The notes beneath the pieces were generated by a model. The model searched no databases, had not been told where the DNA came from, and was given only the letters and a program-made list of their open reading frames with translations. Shown here one piece after another: positions 1 through 9,376 of a stretch of DNA of 64,000 bases. This DNA is from Candidatus Woesearchaeota archaeon. GTDB lineage: Archaea > Nanobdellota > Nanobdellia > SCGC-AAA011-G17 > JACPNG01. The stretch spans positions 5,253 through 69,252 of the forward strand of contig JACPNE010000002.1 in NCBI GenBank assembly GCA_016185615.1, written 5' to 3'. Within the stretch, counting starts at the first letter, position 1; every line of letters starts with the position of its first letter. The position numbers and the translations under genes are program-made.

Positions 1-1809
1 CTAATACCCTTCTCATCAGCTGATATAGATGGAGACAAGGCGCTTAACTGGCTTTTATCCCAACAAATTCAGGGAAGTTATAATAATGATATAATAGCTA
101 CCTCTTCTGCCATATTGGCATTAAAAAATGCAGGATACTCTTCACAGATAGAAGAATCAGTTGAATATTTATTATCACAAAAAAATTCTGCTAATTGTTG
201 GCCAAAATTAAATTGCAGGGTTAAAGATACTGCCTTTGCTTTGCTTGCATTGAGTGCAGCTGGAGAGCCAGTTGATGATGTAATTGAATGGCTGGAAAAT
301 GCTCAATCCTCAAGCACAACAAAGGGAAAATGGTTATTACAAATAGCTAATGCTGAAAATGGGCAATGCAGCATAAAATATAATAAAGGACAAACAGAGA
401 TAACAAAACAAGTTGTTATTGAAGATGGAAAATTTCAAAGCTGCAATAATAACAATTGGCTTGATTTGAATTCATGTTTAGAACCGAATTTATTAAGCAA
501 ATATCCTTTAATAACATTTGATATAGACTGTAATAATCTGGATTCTAATGCAATTATTGTTTTATTGTTTAATGTAGGAAACACCTATACATTTGTAGAA
601 AATATTGAAAGTTCGTCTGGCAGTGTAACTGTCGATAACAATTGTTATGGAACAAGCTTCAAAGGAATATGTAATCTAGACTCTACATTATACACTAGCT
701 ATGCTTTGTCAAAGGTTGATAAGCCCTCATCAATATTCTTCCTTAAATCAAATTATGATTCAAATAATCCGGAACATCTGTCCATTATAAGCTTAATAAC
801 ACAAGACCAAGGTTTTATTGATGATCTAGAGAGTAGACAAAGAAATGACGGAAGCTTTGATAATAGTGTAATAAAAACTTCATTAGCTTTAATGACTCTT
901 AATAATAATCAAGAAGCTATTGATTGGCTTGAATCAAAACAGGATCCAGATGGCTCATTTGGAGATATTTTTGAAACCTCTTTTGCTTTATTGGCTTTAT
1001 CCCCAACAACTTTGGTTCCAACTTGCTCTGATAATATAAGAAACCAAGGAGAAGAAGGGGTAGATTGTGGAGGACCATGTAGCAAAGAATGTGGAATATG
1101 TAATTTAAATGATGTGTGTGATGAAGAGTTAGGGGAAGATTCTGATAATTGTCCAAGCGATTGCATTGGTGCTGGTGCATCTAATTTATGTAAAAATGGT
1201 AAACAAGATAATAATGAGGAGGGAATAGACTGTGGTGGGTCATGCTCAGCAAAATGTCCAAGTTGTAATAATGATGGAATATGCGAATTTGACACTTTCG
1301 GAGAGACAGCATTGCAATGCCAGAATGACTGTAGTTGCGGGGACAAAGTGTGTGACTCAACAGAAAATGATGAATTATCAAACACTTACTGCCCACAGGA
1401 TTGTAAAAGAGCAGTATGTAATGACAATGGACTATGTGAACTGGGAGAAAATGAAGACAACTGTCCAAATGATTGTACTATTTCGGGTGGTTCTGAAATA
1501 GAAGAGACAGAAGAAGAAAGTTCATTTCCATTTGTTTCTATCATAATAATTATTGTAATCGGATTAATAATTGTATTTTCAATATATTATTTTACAAAGA
1601 AAAAAGGTAAGAAGCCCGAGTTTAATTTATTCGGAAAATTTGGGAAAGGAAAAGAAACAAAAGAAAATTCAAGAAAAGGGGAGCCTTTTTTTAAGCCCGA
1701 GATTCCAAAATTCCCGGGCAGCAAACCATCGCTGAAATCCCAATCAAAACTTGATGAGGAGCTTGAGAAATCATTAGAGGAAGCTAGGAAACTAATTAAA
1801 AAGAAATAA
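1..1809 (+). CDS. Cell-surface protein (5' end outside window): prenyltransferase/terpene-cyclase-like alpha-alpha toroid repeats, Cys-rich modules, C-terminal TM anchor with Lys-rich tail
   Basis: Frame 1 is open from base 1, so the TTG at 115 is probably internal. Repeated 'DGSF..TS(F/L)AL(L/M)(A/T)L' and 'ALNWLLSQQ' motifs. 'EEG(V/I)DCGG(P/S)CS' occurs twice and C-x4-C-x(8-14)-C-x2-DC four times. Hydrophobic 'FVSIIIIIVIGLIIVFSIYYF' is followed by a K-rich tail. Confidence 0.6.
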   Translation, partial: LIPFSSADIDGDKALNWLLSQQIQGSYNNDIIATSSAILALKNAGYSSQIEESVEYLLSQKNSANCWPKLNCRVKDTAFALLALSAAGEPVDDVIEWLENAQSSSTTKGKWLLQIANAENGQCSIKYNKGQTEITKQVVIEDGKFQSCNNNNWLDLNSCLEPNLLSKYPLITFDIDCNNLDSNAIIVLLFNVGNTYTFVENIESSSGSVTVDNNCYGTSFKGICNLDSTLYTSYALSKVDKPSSIFFLKSNYDSNNPEHLSIISLITQDQGFIDDLESRQRNDGSFDNSVIKTSLALMTLNNNQEAIDWLESKQDPDGSFGDIFETSFALLALSPTTLVPTCSDNIRNQGEEGVDCGGPCSKECGICNLNDVCDEELGEDSDNCPSDCIGAGASNLCKNGKQDNNEEGIDCGGSCSAKCPSCNNDGICEFDTFGETALQCQNDCSCGDKVCDSTENDELSNTYCPQDCKRAVCNDNGLCELGENEDNCPNDCTISGGSEIEETEEESSFPFVSIIIIIVIGLIIVFSIYYFTKKKGKKPEFNLFGKFGKGKETKENSRKGEPFFKPEIPKFPGSKPSLKSQSKLDEELEKSLEEARKLIKKK

Positions 1810-1815
1810 TGATAA

Positions 1816-3063
1816 ATGAAAATAAAAATATTACTTTTGGTTTTTTTATTTAATGTATCTATAGCATTTGCACAGATAGATATAAATATATTGAGGGAAA
1901 ATTATTCGAATTTTGAAACAATACAAGCAGAGATTACATTAGAAAATCCTTTGAAAAATCTGTCAGCAAATGACATAAAAATAGATAACATTAAGGTTGC
2001 GCCATTAATCTTTTCTTTAGAAGAAAATAAGTATTTTATATACTTTAATCTTCCAAATTTACAAAATGGTACACACAACATTTCAATAAGCTCAAGATTT
2101 CTAATAAATAATGCGTTAACAGACATTGTATCTGAGAAGGAATTTAATATAATTGAATCAAATTCTTCCTTATCAATAAAACCCGGAATATTATTCATAA
2201 ACAAAAATAGCTTGCAGGGACATTATATAATTATTTTAAAGAATAATAATCAGCCATTAGATGTTTCTGTAGATTTAGACTCAGATTTTCTTTATCCAGT
2301 AAGAACAAATATTTTTTTAGAAAATAATGAAGAAAAAAATCTTTTTATTATCCCAAAAGAAGGATCAATTCAGGATTCTAAATTAATATTGAATTATGAG
2401 AATACCTATGAAATCCCAATAATAATCTTAGATTATAAAATGGAAAATGATTCAAATACAGATTTAGAAGAATCAGAAAAAAAAGTTTCATTTATAGTTT
2501 CACAGTCATCATTAACAAGGGCATTAAATACAGACCAATCAATTTCAGGACCAATAGAATTCAAAAATAACCTTAATAGGGATATAAATGTAAAATTTTA
2601 TTTGACTGGAGATTTGGATAAAATTATTAAGATTAATATTACGCAGATGAAATTAAAACCAAATGAAGTAAACTCACAATATCTATTCATTAACGAGGAT
2701 AAAAATGCAAAAGGAGTTTATCTGGGAGAGTTAGTTTTAGAAGCGGAAGGGTATAAAGAAGAGTTTACAATAGAGCTTGATTTTATTGAAAAAGTTAATA
2801 ACATAGAAACAACAGATATAGAAGAAGTAGAAGAAGATTCATTGGGAAATATACAAAATGAAGATTTTTCCTCAGAATTGGGAATAGGCATTATCAACTT
2901 ATCTTCTCCTCAAACACAACCAGAAAAAAATAAGAGTTCATATTTATTTTCCATACTACTAATTATTGTAATATTAGTTTTATTATTAGTCATATTTTAT
3001 CTGTCAAAAGTAAAGAGACCACCAAAGACGTTTAAGGATTATACATCATCTATAAAAAGATAA
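1816..3063 (+). CDS. Hypothetical surface protein (signal peptide, C-terminal TM anchor)
   Basis: N-terminal 'MKIKILLLVFLFNVSIAFAQ' looks like a signal peptide. C-terminal 'YLFSILLIIVILVLLLVIFYL' is followed by basic residues. Starts 7 nt after the upstream stop. Confidence 0.5.
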   Translation: MKIKILLLVFLFNVSIAFAQIDINILRENYSNFETIQAEITLENPLKNLSANDIKIDNIKVAPLIFSLEENKYFIYFNLPNLQNGTHNISISSRFLINNALTDIVSEKEFNIIESNSSLSIKPGILFINKNSLQGHYIIILKNNNQPLDVSVDLDSDFLYPVRTNIFLENNEEKNLFIIPKEGSIQDSKLILNYENTYEIPIIILDYKMENDSNTDLEESEKKVSFIVSQSSLTRALNTDQSISGPIEFKNNLNRDINVKFYLTGDLDKIIKINITQMKLKPNEVNSQYLFINEDKNAKGVYLGELVLEAEGYKEEFTIELDFIEKVNNIETTDIEEVEEDSLGNIQNEDFSSELGIGIINLSSPQTQPEKNKSSYLFSILLIIVILVLLLVIFYLSKVKRPPKTFKDYTSSIKR

Positions 3064-3079
3064 TAAATCATATATAATT

Positions 3080-3895
3080 ATGAAAAGAGGCCAAATAACT
3101 TTGTTTATTATAATGGGAATTATGATATTATTGGCTTTTGGAGTTGTTAATTATGGTAAGAACGTAGCTAAATTACTTAATCTACAAATGGATATAGAAT
3201 CTGGAAGTGAGTTGTCATACACCTCATTAGACATAAAAAATTATATTCAGGAATGTGTGGAACAGACCGCAATACAATCTATAACTTCATTAGGTTTACA
3301 TGGAGGTACATTAAAAGAAAGAGACAAGGGTGAAAGAATTGGATTATCTTTTGTAAATTATGGATATTTTATAGGAGAGAATACCCTCCCACCAATTAAA
3401 ATGATGGAAGATGAATTATCAAACTATATGAATGAAGCATTAGACATATGCCTAAATGATTTTTTTAAATTTGAAGATAAAATAAAAATAAGCTCACAGA
3501 AAACGGACACAAGAGTTGAAATAAGAGAAAATGTTTTATTTAATGTTAACAAAACATTTAAGGTTATAGACAAAGAAACTACAATTACATCAAATGAATT
3601 TTATGTTGAAATTCCTGTCAGGCTTGAGTACATGCATAATCTGTCTAATATAATAATAGATGAAGAAATAAGGGATGCTGGTTGGTTACCATATGATTTA
3701 ATGACAAAATTTGATGTAAATATAGCAGTTTACCCTTATAAGGAAGACGTTATTATTTTCTCTCTGATTGATAATAAATCCATTTTGAATGGACAATATT
3801 TTGAATTCCAATTTGCTAATAAATTTGATCCAAACTATCAAGATCCTTTACTGGATAAGGCAGAAAAATTATTGCCTAAAATTATAAGGGGCTGA
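3080..3895 (+). CDS. Hypothetical protein with archaeal class III (type IV pilin-like) signal peptide
   Basis: N-terminus 'MKRGQITLFIIMGIMILLAFG' has basic residues, G, then Q plus a hydrophobic stretch, resembling the prepilin-peptidase motif. Lies in the operon with flanking surface proteins. Confidence 0.45.
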   Translation: MKRGQITLFIIMGIMILLAFGVVNYGKNVAKLLNLQMDIESGSELSYTSLDIKNYIQECVEQTAIQSITSLGLHGGTLKERDKGERIGLSFVNYGYFIGENTLPPIKMMEDELSNYMNEALDICLNDFFKFEDKIKISSQKTDTRVEIRENVLFNVNKTFKVIDKETTITSNEFYVEIPVRLEYMHNLSNIIIDEEIRDAGWLPYDLMTKFDVNIAVYPYKEDVIIFSLIDNKSILNGQYFEFQFANKFDPNYQDPLLDKAEKLLPKIIRG

Positions 3896-3896
3896 A

Positions 3897-5630
3897 ATGA
3901 GATATAAATTATTAATCATAGTATTATACTTAGTGTCTTTGCCTATAATCATCCATGCTCAAGCCGAGTTTGCAGCTTTACCTTTAGCAGAAAAGATTAC
4001 ATGGCTTGAAAAACCTGCCAACTTCAATCATCCGGAATATACCAATAGGCTTTTGCAATATGCTCCACTTAAAGATTATAAAGAACTGTGGTTTGAATAT
4101 TTAAATAAAATTGATATTAACAGTGAGAATGAAAATATTTTCTTTAGATATTTAAATGAAATAGATGATACATCTTCATCAAATCAGAACATTGCAGACA
4201 AATTTTTGACACATAAAAAAACTATAAAAGGGGATAGTATTAATATAGCAAATAGATTTCTCAGCTCTAAAATTAATGGTAATTTTGACATTAGTTCAAG
4301 TAATTCTGAATATTTGGGGGATTGGAAGCTAAAAAATGGAAACATTGAATTAAATCTTAATGACAATCAGTTTTCTGGTGCAAGAATAAAATCATTGTCA
4401 GAAGGAGGTTTCGAGATATCGCCAAAGCAGGCAATTAAAATAGGAGAGAATGTTTACAAAGTTCCTTTATCTTCACAATTTAAACTTAATAATGATTTTT
4501 CTGTTAATGTTCCGAAAGACTCGGAAATATTGCCTAATCAGGGTGGAAAAATAATAGTAAGGGATCTTGATGAATCTATTATAAAAATAAATAATGAGAT
4601 ACAAGTAAGAAATGGCTATATTGACTATATCAATGATAATAAAGTATTGAGTGGCCGGGATTTTAATATTTATTTTAAAAATAGCAGATATTCCGGAAAT
4701 TATATCGCTTTTGAAGGGGATGCTTTCACATTGCAGGGAGAAGCAAGCATCTCAATAAGGAATAGAGATGGACTATATAACACATTTATAGGAAATGATC
4801 AAAAATATGGGTGGGAAAGTCAAGATAGTATAACAATAAAACCATTTGGTCCATCAGAAAAAGATAATACACCATATCTATTTTCGGAGCACGATATAAC
4901 AATAAATGATAAAAAACAAACTATAAAATACAAGTATATTAGTGATGGAAAAGACTTTTATGTCAGACCGGGAACTTCAATAGGTAAACTTGGTGAAATA
5001 GCTGATAGTTTTAAGCTGAATGATGTAAAGCTCCCAGGAATTATAGTAGATACTAAAAATCAATTAAGATTAGATAGTGATGGCCTTTTTATCAAACAAG
5101 TCAACCATTTCTTGGGAAATGAACCAAAGTATGTTCATCATAAGTTTATTTTGGATGATATTACAAAACTTAAAACAATTCAAATGAGGGGAACACAGCT
5201 TACAAATGGTGGGGTAATGACCCTAAACACAGACATAACTTTTACTGAAAACGGGTTTATTCCCTCTGATTTAGATCTTGAGTTACAAAGGGGAAGAAAT
5301 ATAATGACTGTGCCATCTAGCATTCAAGATAAAATAATTAGCGATGCTATAAGAAATAATGCACTGAAGATAGAAATGAAATTTGATCTGGAAAATCTAT
5401 TTGCTAGATTTGGCGATGGAAGATTAAGAAGCAGTTTGCTTGGACTTATAAATGAAATGAGAATAAGTGAAACTGATTTATCTGTTTTTAAAAAAGCACT
5501 TGAGGAATTTGGATTTGGAAAGACATTAAGAATAGAGGGCATGGAAATATTTATAGATAATAAGAAAGTCGGAGTATTAAGTGATACTGAGTCTTTTAAA
5601 AGATTAGTTATTGACTCATTAAACAGATAG
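3897..5630 (+). CDS. Hypothetical secreted protein
   Basis: Signal peptide 'MRYKLLIIVLYLVSLPIIIHAQA'. Starts 2 nt after the previous stop. No family recognised. Confidence 0.5.
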   Translation: MRYKLLIIVLYLVSLPIIIHAQAEFAALPLAEKITWLEKPANFNHPEYTNRLLQYAPLKDYKELWFEYLNKIDINSENENIFFRYLNEIDDTSSSNQNIADKFLTHKKTIKGDSINIANRFLSSKINGNFDISSSNSEYLGDWKLKNGNIELNLNDNQFSGARIKSLSEGGFEISPKQAIKIGENVYKVPLSSQFKLNNDFSVNVPKDSEILPNQGGKIIVRDLDESIIKINNEIQVRNGYIDYINDNKVLSGRDFNIYFKNSRYSGNYIAFEGDAFTLQGEASISIRNRDGLYNTFIGNDQKYGWESQDSITIKPFGPSEKDNTPYLFSEHDITINDKKQTIKYKYISDGKDFYVRPGTSIGKLGEIADSFKLNDVKLPGIIVDTKNQLRLDSDGLFIKQVNHFLGNEPKYVHHKFILDDITKLKTIQMRGTQLTNGGVMTLNTDITFTENGFIPSDLDLELQRGRNIMTVPSSIQDKIISDAIRNNALKIEMKFDLENLFARFGDGRLRSSLLGLINEMRISETDLSVFKKALEEFGFGKTLRIEGMEIFIDNKKVGVLSDTESFKRLVIDSLNR

Positions 5631-5645
5631 CAAAATAATATCTCT

Positions 5646-6269
5646 TTAATATAATCTTTCTTTTAAGAAATTTTCAATGTAATTTTTTAATTTGTACTCA
5701 GCACCCTTACACAATTTTACATATAATATTAATCCAATTTTTGATTGTTTTTGGATTTCAGTAGGCCAACCATCCCGAAGATGTTGTTCGTTAAGACGAA
5801 GTAACCTAATATCGTGGAATAAATCTTCTACTACATCTATTCTGTCATGCCTTATATTTGAGATGTCTTTAACTTCAATAACCTTTCCGTTGAGGTATAA
5901 TGCAACTATAAACCTACCGCGAGGAGAACTTTCAACTTTTCCATCTTTATCAATTGTATTATGATAATCAATCTTAACATATGTCTCAAGATATATTTTT
6001 GTATTCCTAATCTCCTCATAATCCCCTTTTGAATTATTCCATTCAAATTTTTCTTTGTATTTTGCACCAAAATCTTCTATATTTAAACAATTAGCTGAAG
6101 ATTTTCCTGGCCATTTTGTCACATCTTCATTTCTATAAATTTCTTCTTTTTTTAAATCACCTTGAACTGGTGTTATAAAAAGTAAAGTAGATGCTAAAAC
6201 GCCAGCTAATCCTTTCCTAACTTTAGACCAATTTAATACATTATTCTCTAAATTGTTCATTTTAACCAA
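5646..6269 (-). CDS. Hypothetical protein with N-terminal signal/anchor
   Basis: 207-aa ORF with a hydrophobic segment 'GLAGVLASTLLFITPVQG' near the N-terminus. No family recognised. Confidence 0.45.
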   Translation of the reverse strand: MVKMNNLENNVLNWSKVRKGLAGVLASTLLFITPVQGDLKKEEIYRNEDVTKWPGKSSANCLNIEDFGAKYKEKFEWNNSKGDYEEIRNTKIYLETYVKIDYHNTIDKDGKVESSPRGRFIVALYLNGKVIEVKDISNIRHDRIDVVEDLFHDIRLLRLNEQHLRDGWPTEIQKQSKIGLILYVKLCKGAEYKLKNYIENFLKERLY

Positions 6270-6298
6270 TATTAGAAAGGATTATTAGCTTATAAATT

Positions 6299-6724
6299 TT
6301 ATGCCTTATTAGTGGTAAACTTATTTAATTCCCTTCTTAGAACTATATTATTTGCATTTATATTTTTCATTTTCATATCCATATCGTGCAACTTAGCCAT
6401 CAAATCATTGAACATATCCATTATATCTTGAGCCTCTACAGTAGACTTATCGGGCTTTATGATATCTATTGAGCTTGGCATGTAATCAAAGCACATTTTT
6501 GTTATTTCTTTGAAATCTTTAAATTCAATTTCTAAATCAACAAAACTGCTGAACATTCCCTTATACTTCTCATTGCTAAGTTTTTCAGCATCATAAAGAA
6601 CATGACTCTTTACATCAAAAGTATCTTTTATATTATTGATATATTTCCTAATGGTGACTTCAACGTGTTCTTTTGGACTTCCCACTATCTCTACTACTAC
6701 TTTAGCTAATATCTTTCCGTTCAT
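6299..6724 (-). CDS. Hypothetical cytoplasmic protein
   Basis: 141-aa ORF overlapping the 3' end of the upstream LTD gene by 23 nt, so likely co-transcribed. No family recognised. Confidence 0.45.
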   Translation of the reverse strand: MNGKILAKVVVEIVGSPKEHVEVTIRKYINNIKDTFDVKSHVLYDAEKLSNEKYKGMFSSFVDLEIEFKDFKEITKMCFDYMPSSIDIIKPDKSTVEAQDIMDMFNDLMAKLHDMDMKMKNINANNIVLRRELNKFTTNKA

Positions 6725-8207
6725 TTATCAACACCGAAATTAATATGATCAATAGTGCTATAAATAAAAACACACCCAATCTTGAAGCCTCTTTTGAGCT
6801 GTTTTCATATACTATTCTATTGTTTATATTCGCTACTTTTTTGGTTGTTTCTTGAGTTATATTATTCTCTTTAGTATCTTCTTTTTTAATACTTTCCTTT
6901 TTGGAAATATCATCTTTTATAATGCCTTTAGTATAACATTCTTTGCTAATTCCTGATATTTCTATATCTTCCTTATCTTCAGTATTTAAACCCTCTACAA
7001 TTATATTATAAGTTCCGTCTTTATACTTTTCATCACAATTAAGTCCTAATTGTATTGGGAATGTTATCTCATTATTGCTGAACTTTTCATAGACATTTGC
7101 CTTTGAGATCTTTGTTATTCTTTCATCACCCGAAATATAAGATTCTATTACTTCTTTTTCTGTATCTCCCTTATAAACAGAAATCTTTACTCTTATACTT
7201 GATCCCCACTCTGCTTTTTTATTGCTTCCTAGATCATATATCCTGTCTATTTCTATTTTTGAATCAGTAACTTGTTCTATAGTTGAATTATCTTTGTTTT
7301 CTTCATTTGGAGTTGACTCTGTCATTTGCCACATACTGTTTATTTTACTCCAACTTAATCCCTCTTTGCTGTCGCTATAGCTGATCTCATCTATTAAATT
7401 ATCATTAAGATCATATAACATTATCTTTTCAAAACCATTATTATTCAGAAATCCAGAAATCCCATTTGCATAAACAACCAAATAATTCTTTGATTTTATT
7501 CTTGTACTTTCTTCAATATGGACATTATCGATTAATAACTCTTTTTCACTGTCATCTTTTAATTTAAAGCCAAGTAAATCTAAATCTTCATTTCCAGTAT
7601 TATAAAGCTCAACCCACTCGCCATCAGGCATACTTGAATCATCATCTCCAAGAGGATTTGCCATAAACTCATTAATTTTGATTTTTGAATAATCATTAGA
7701 ATTCGTTTGATTATTCTCATTTGATCTTCCTGGGGTTGGTTCTGATTCAACAAATTCTCCATTAATTAATGCAAATGAATTTCCTTCTAAAGTTACATTA
7801 TTGTCATAATATAATACATCAATTAAATTCATATTGTTATCATACAATGTAATGCTTTCATTATTGCTTAAACCATCACCAATGGAATCATCTCCGGTAT
7901 ACAACCATAAAACATTATCATCTATCTCAAAATCATTATACACCCTTGTATCATCATCCACAATTATGGCATAGCCATGGCCTTGAAGTATAATATTATT
8001 ATAACCTTCCAAACTATCATTCTTATTATTGTCCTTTATAGTCCATCCAGTCATATTTATGGAAGTCTCATTATTATTGTACAGTTCAATCCATTCACAA
8101 TGTTTATCGAAAGAACACATTGGATTATACATCACTTCATTTATCACAACATCCGCTAAGGCCAATTGAGTGAACATTAGTAAAATTATAAACATTAGCT
8201 TTAGCAT
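6702..8207 (-). CDS. Surface protein with two lamin-tail domains (LTD), signal peptide and C-terminal TM anchor
   Basis: First LTD signature is 'VVINEVMYNP...EWIELYNNN..TGWTIKD'. Second is 'IKINEFMANP...GEWVELYNTG..LLGFKLKDD'. C-terminal hydrophobic 'LGVFLFIALLIILISVLI'. Confidence 0.7.
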   Translation of the reverse strand: MLKLMFIILLMFTQLALADVVINEVMYNPMCSFDKHCEWIELYNNNETSINMTGWTIKDNNKNDSLEGYNNIILQGHGYAIIVDDDTRVYNDFEIDDNVLWLYTGDDSIGDGLSNNESITLYDNNMNLIDVLYYDNNVTLEGNSFALINGEFVESEPTPGRSNENNQTNSNDYSKIKINEFMANPLGDDDSSMPDGEWVELYNTGNEDLDLLGFKLKDDSEKELLIDNVHIEESTRIKSKNYLVVYANGISGFLNNNGFEKIMLYDLNDNLIDEISYSDSKEGLSWSKINSMWQMTESTPNEENKDNSTIEQVTDSKIEIDRIYDLGSNKKAEWGSSIRVKISVYKGDTEKEVIESYISGDERITKISKANVYEKFSNNEITFPIQLGLNCDEKYKDGTYNIIVEGLNTEDKEDIEISGISKECYTKGIIKDDISKKESIKKEDTKENNITQETTKKVANINNRIVYENSSKEASRLGVFLFIALLIILISVLINERKDIS

Positions 8208-8269
8208 ATCAAATAATAAAAAGACAAATATTTAAATAATTTTATAAGTTTTGTAACTATACTTCAAAT

Positions 8270-9373
8270 ATGAAAGAAAAAATTCAAGATATTCTAAATA
8301 TAGCTGGAATCAAAATTAATGGAAATAATCCTTATGATATCAAAGTTTACAATGAAAAATTATATCAAAGAGTTTTATCCGGAGGCTCTTTGGCTTTAGG
8401 AGAGTCTTATATGGATGGCTGGTGGGATTGTGACAGATTAGACCAATTCTTCTATAGGATACTAAAATCAAAGCTAAATCATAGAGTTATAAATTGGAAG
8501 CAATTAATTATCCAATTTTTGAAAAGTAAACTAACAAATGAATCTAAAAGAAAAAAATATGAAATTGGGAAAAAGCATTATGATATTGGAAATGAATTAT
8601 ACAAAATCATGCTTGATAAAAGATTAGTTTATAGCTGTGCATACTGGAAAAATGCAAAAAATCTTGATCAAGCACAAGCGGCAAAACTGGATTTAATCTG
8701 TAGAAAAATAGGCTTAAAAAAAGGACAGAAAATTCTGGATATTGGTTGTGGGTGGGGAAGTTTCGCAAGATATGCAGCAGAAAAATATAAAGTAAGAGTT
8801 GTTGGAATCACAGTTTCTAAAGAACAAGTAAAGTTAGCAAAAGAATTTTGCAAAAATTTTCCAATTGAGATAAGATTGCAAGATTACAGATCATTAAACG
8901 AAAAATTCGATCATATAGTCTCAGTAGGAATGTTTGAGCATGTGGGTTATAAAAATTATAATGAATATATGAATATTGTAAGAAAATGCCTAAAGCCAAA
9001 TGGATTATTTTTATTACAGACAATAGGAAAAAATACTTCAACGGCTTTGACTGATCCATGGATATCAAAATATATTTTTCCAAATTCTATGTTGCCATCA
9101 GCGAAGAAAATCACTTCAGCATGCGAAAACCTACTTATGATCGAAGATTGGCATAGTTTTGGCAATGATTATGATAAGACTTTGATGGCTTGGCATAAAA
9201 ATTTTGTCAAGAATTGGCAACTCATAAAGCATGATTATGACAATAAGTTTTATAGGATGTGGAATTATTATCTACTTAGTTCAGCTGGAGCTTTTAGGGC
9301 AAATAATATAAGACTATGGCAAATTGTTTTTTCTAGAGATGGTTTAGAAGATGGATACATAAGTATACGTTAA
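8270..9373 (+). CDS. cfa: Cyclopropane-fatty-acyl-phospholipid synthase (bacterial type, SAM-dependent)
   Basis: Collinear with E. coli Cfa as I recall it: 'GESYMDGWWDCDRLDQFF', 'GKKHYDIGNEL', 'YSCAYW', 'ILDIGCGWG', 'VGITVSKEQ', 'LQDYRSLNEKFDHIVSVGMFEHVGYKNY', 'DPWISKYIFPNSMLPS', 'EDWHSFGNDYDKTLMAWH', 'LWQIVFSR'. Confidence 0.9.
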   Translation: MKEKIQDILNIAGIKINGNNPYDIKVYNEKLYQRVLSGGSLALGESYMDGWWDCDRLDQFFYRILKSKLNHRVINWKQLIIQFLKSKLTNESKRKKYEIGKKHYDIGNELYKIMLDKRLVYSCAYWKNAKNLDQAQAAKLDLICRKIGLKKGQKILDIGCGWGSFARYAAEKYKVRVVGITVSKEQVKLAKEFCKNFPIEIRLQDYRSLNEKFDHIVSVGMFEHVGYKNYNEYMNIVRKCLKPNGLFLLQTIGKNTSTALTDPWISKYIFPNSMLPSAKKITSACENLLMIEDWHSFGNDYDKTLMAWHKNFVKNWQLIKHDYDNKFYRMWNYYLLSSAGAFRANNIRLWQIVFSRDGLEDGYISIR

Positions 9374-9376
9374 TAA

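Noticed and set aside
909-1501. Four overlapping track ORFs (909-1385 -, 917-1180 -, 1181-1468 -, 1232-1501 +)
   Set aside because: All are nested in the Cys-rich part of the 1-1809 surface-protein gene. They have no SDs and their composition simply reflects the complement or shifted frames of that gene.
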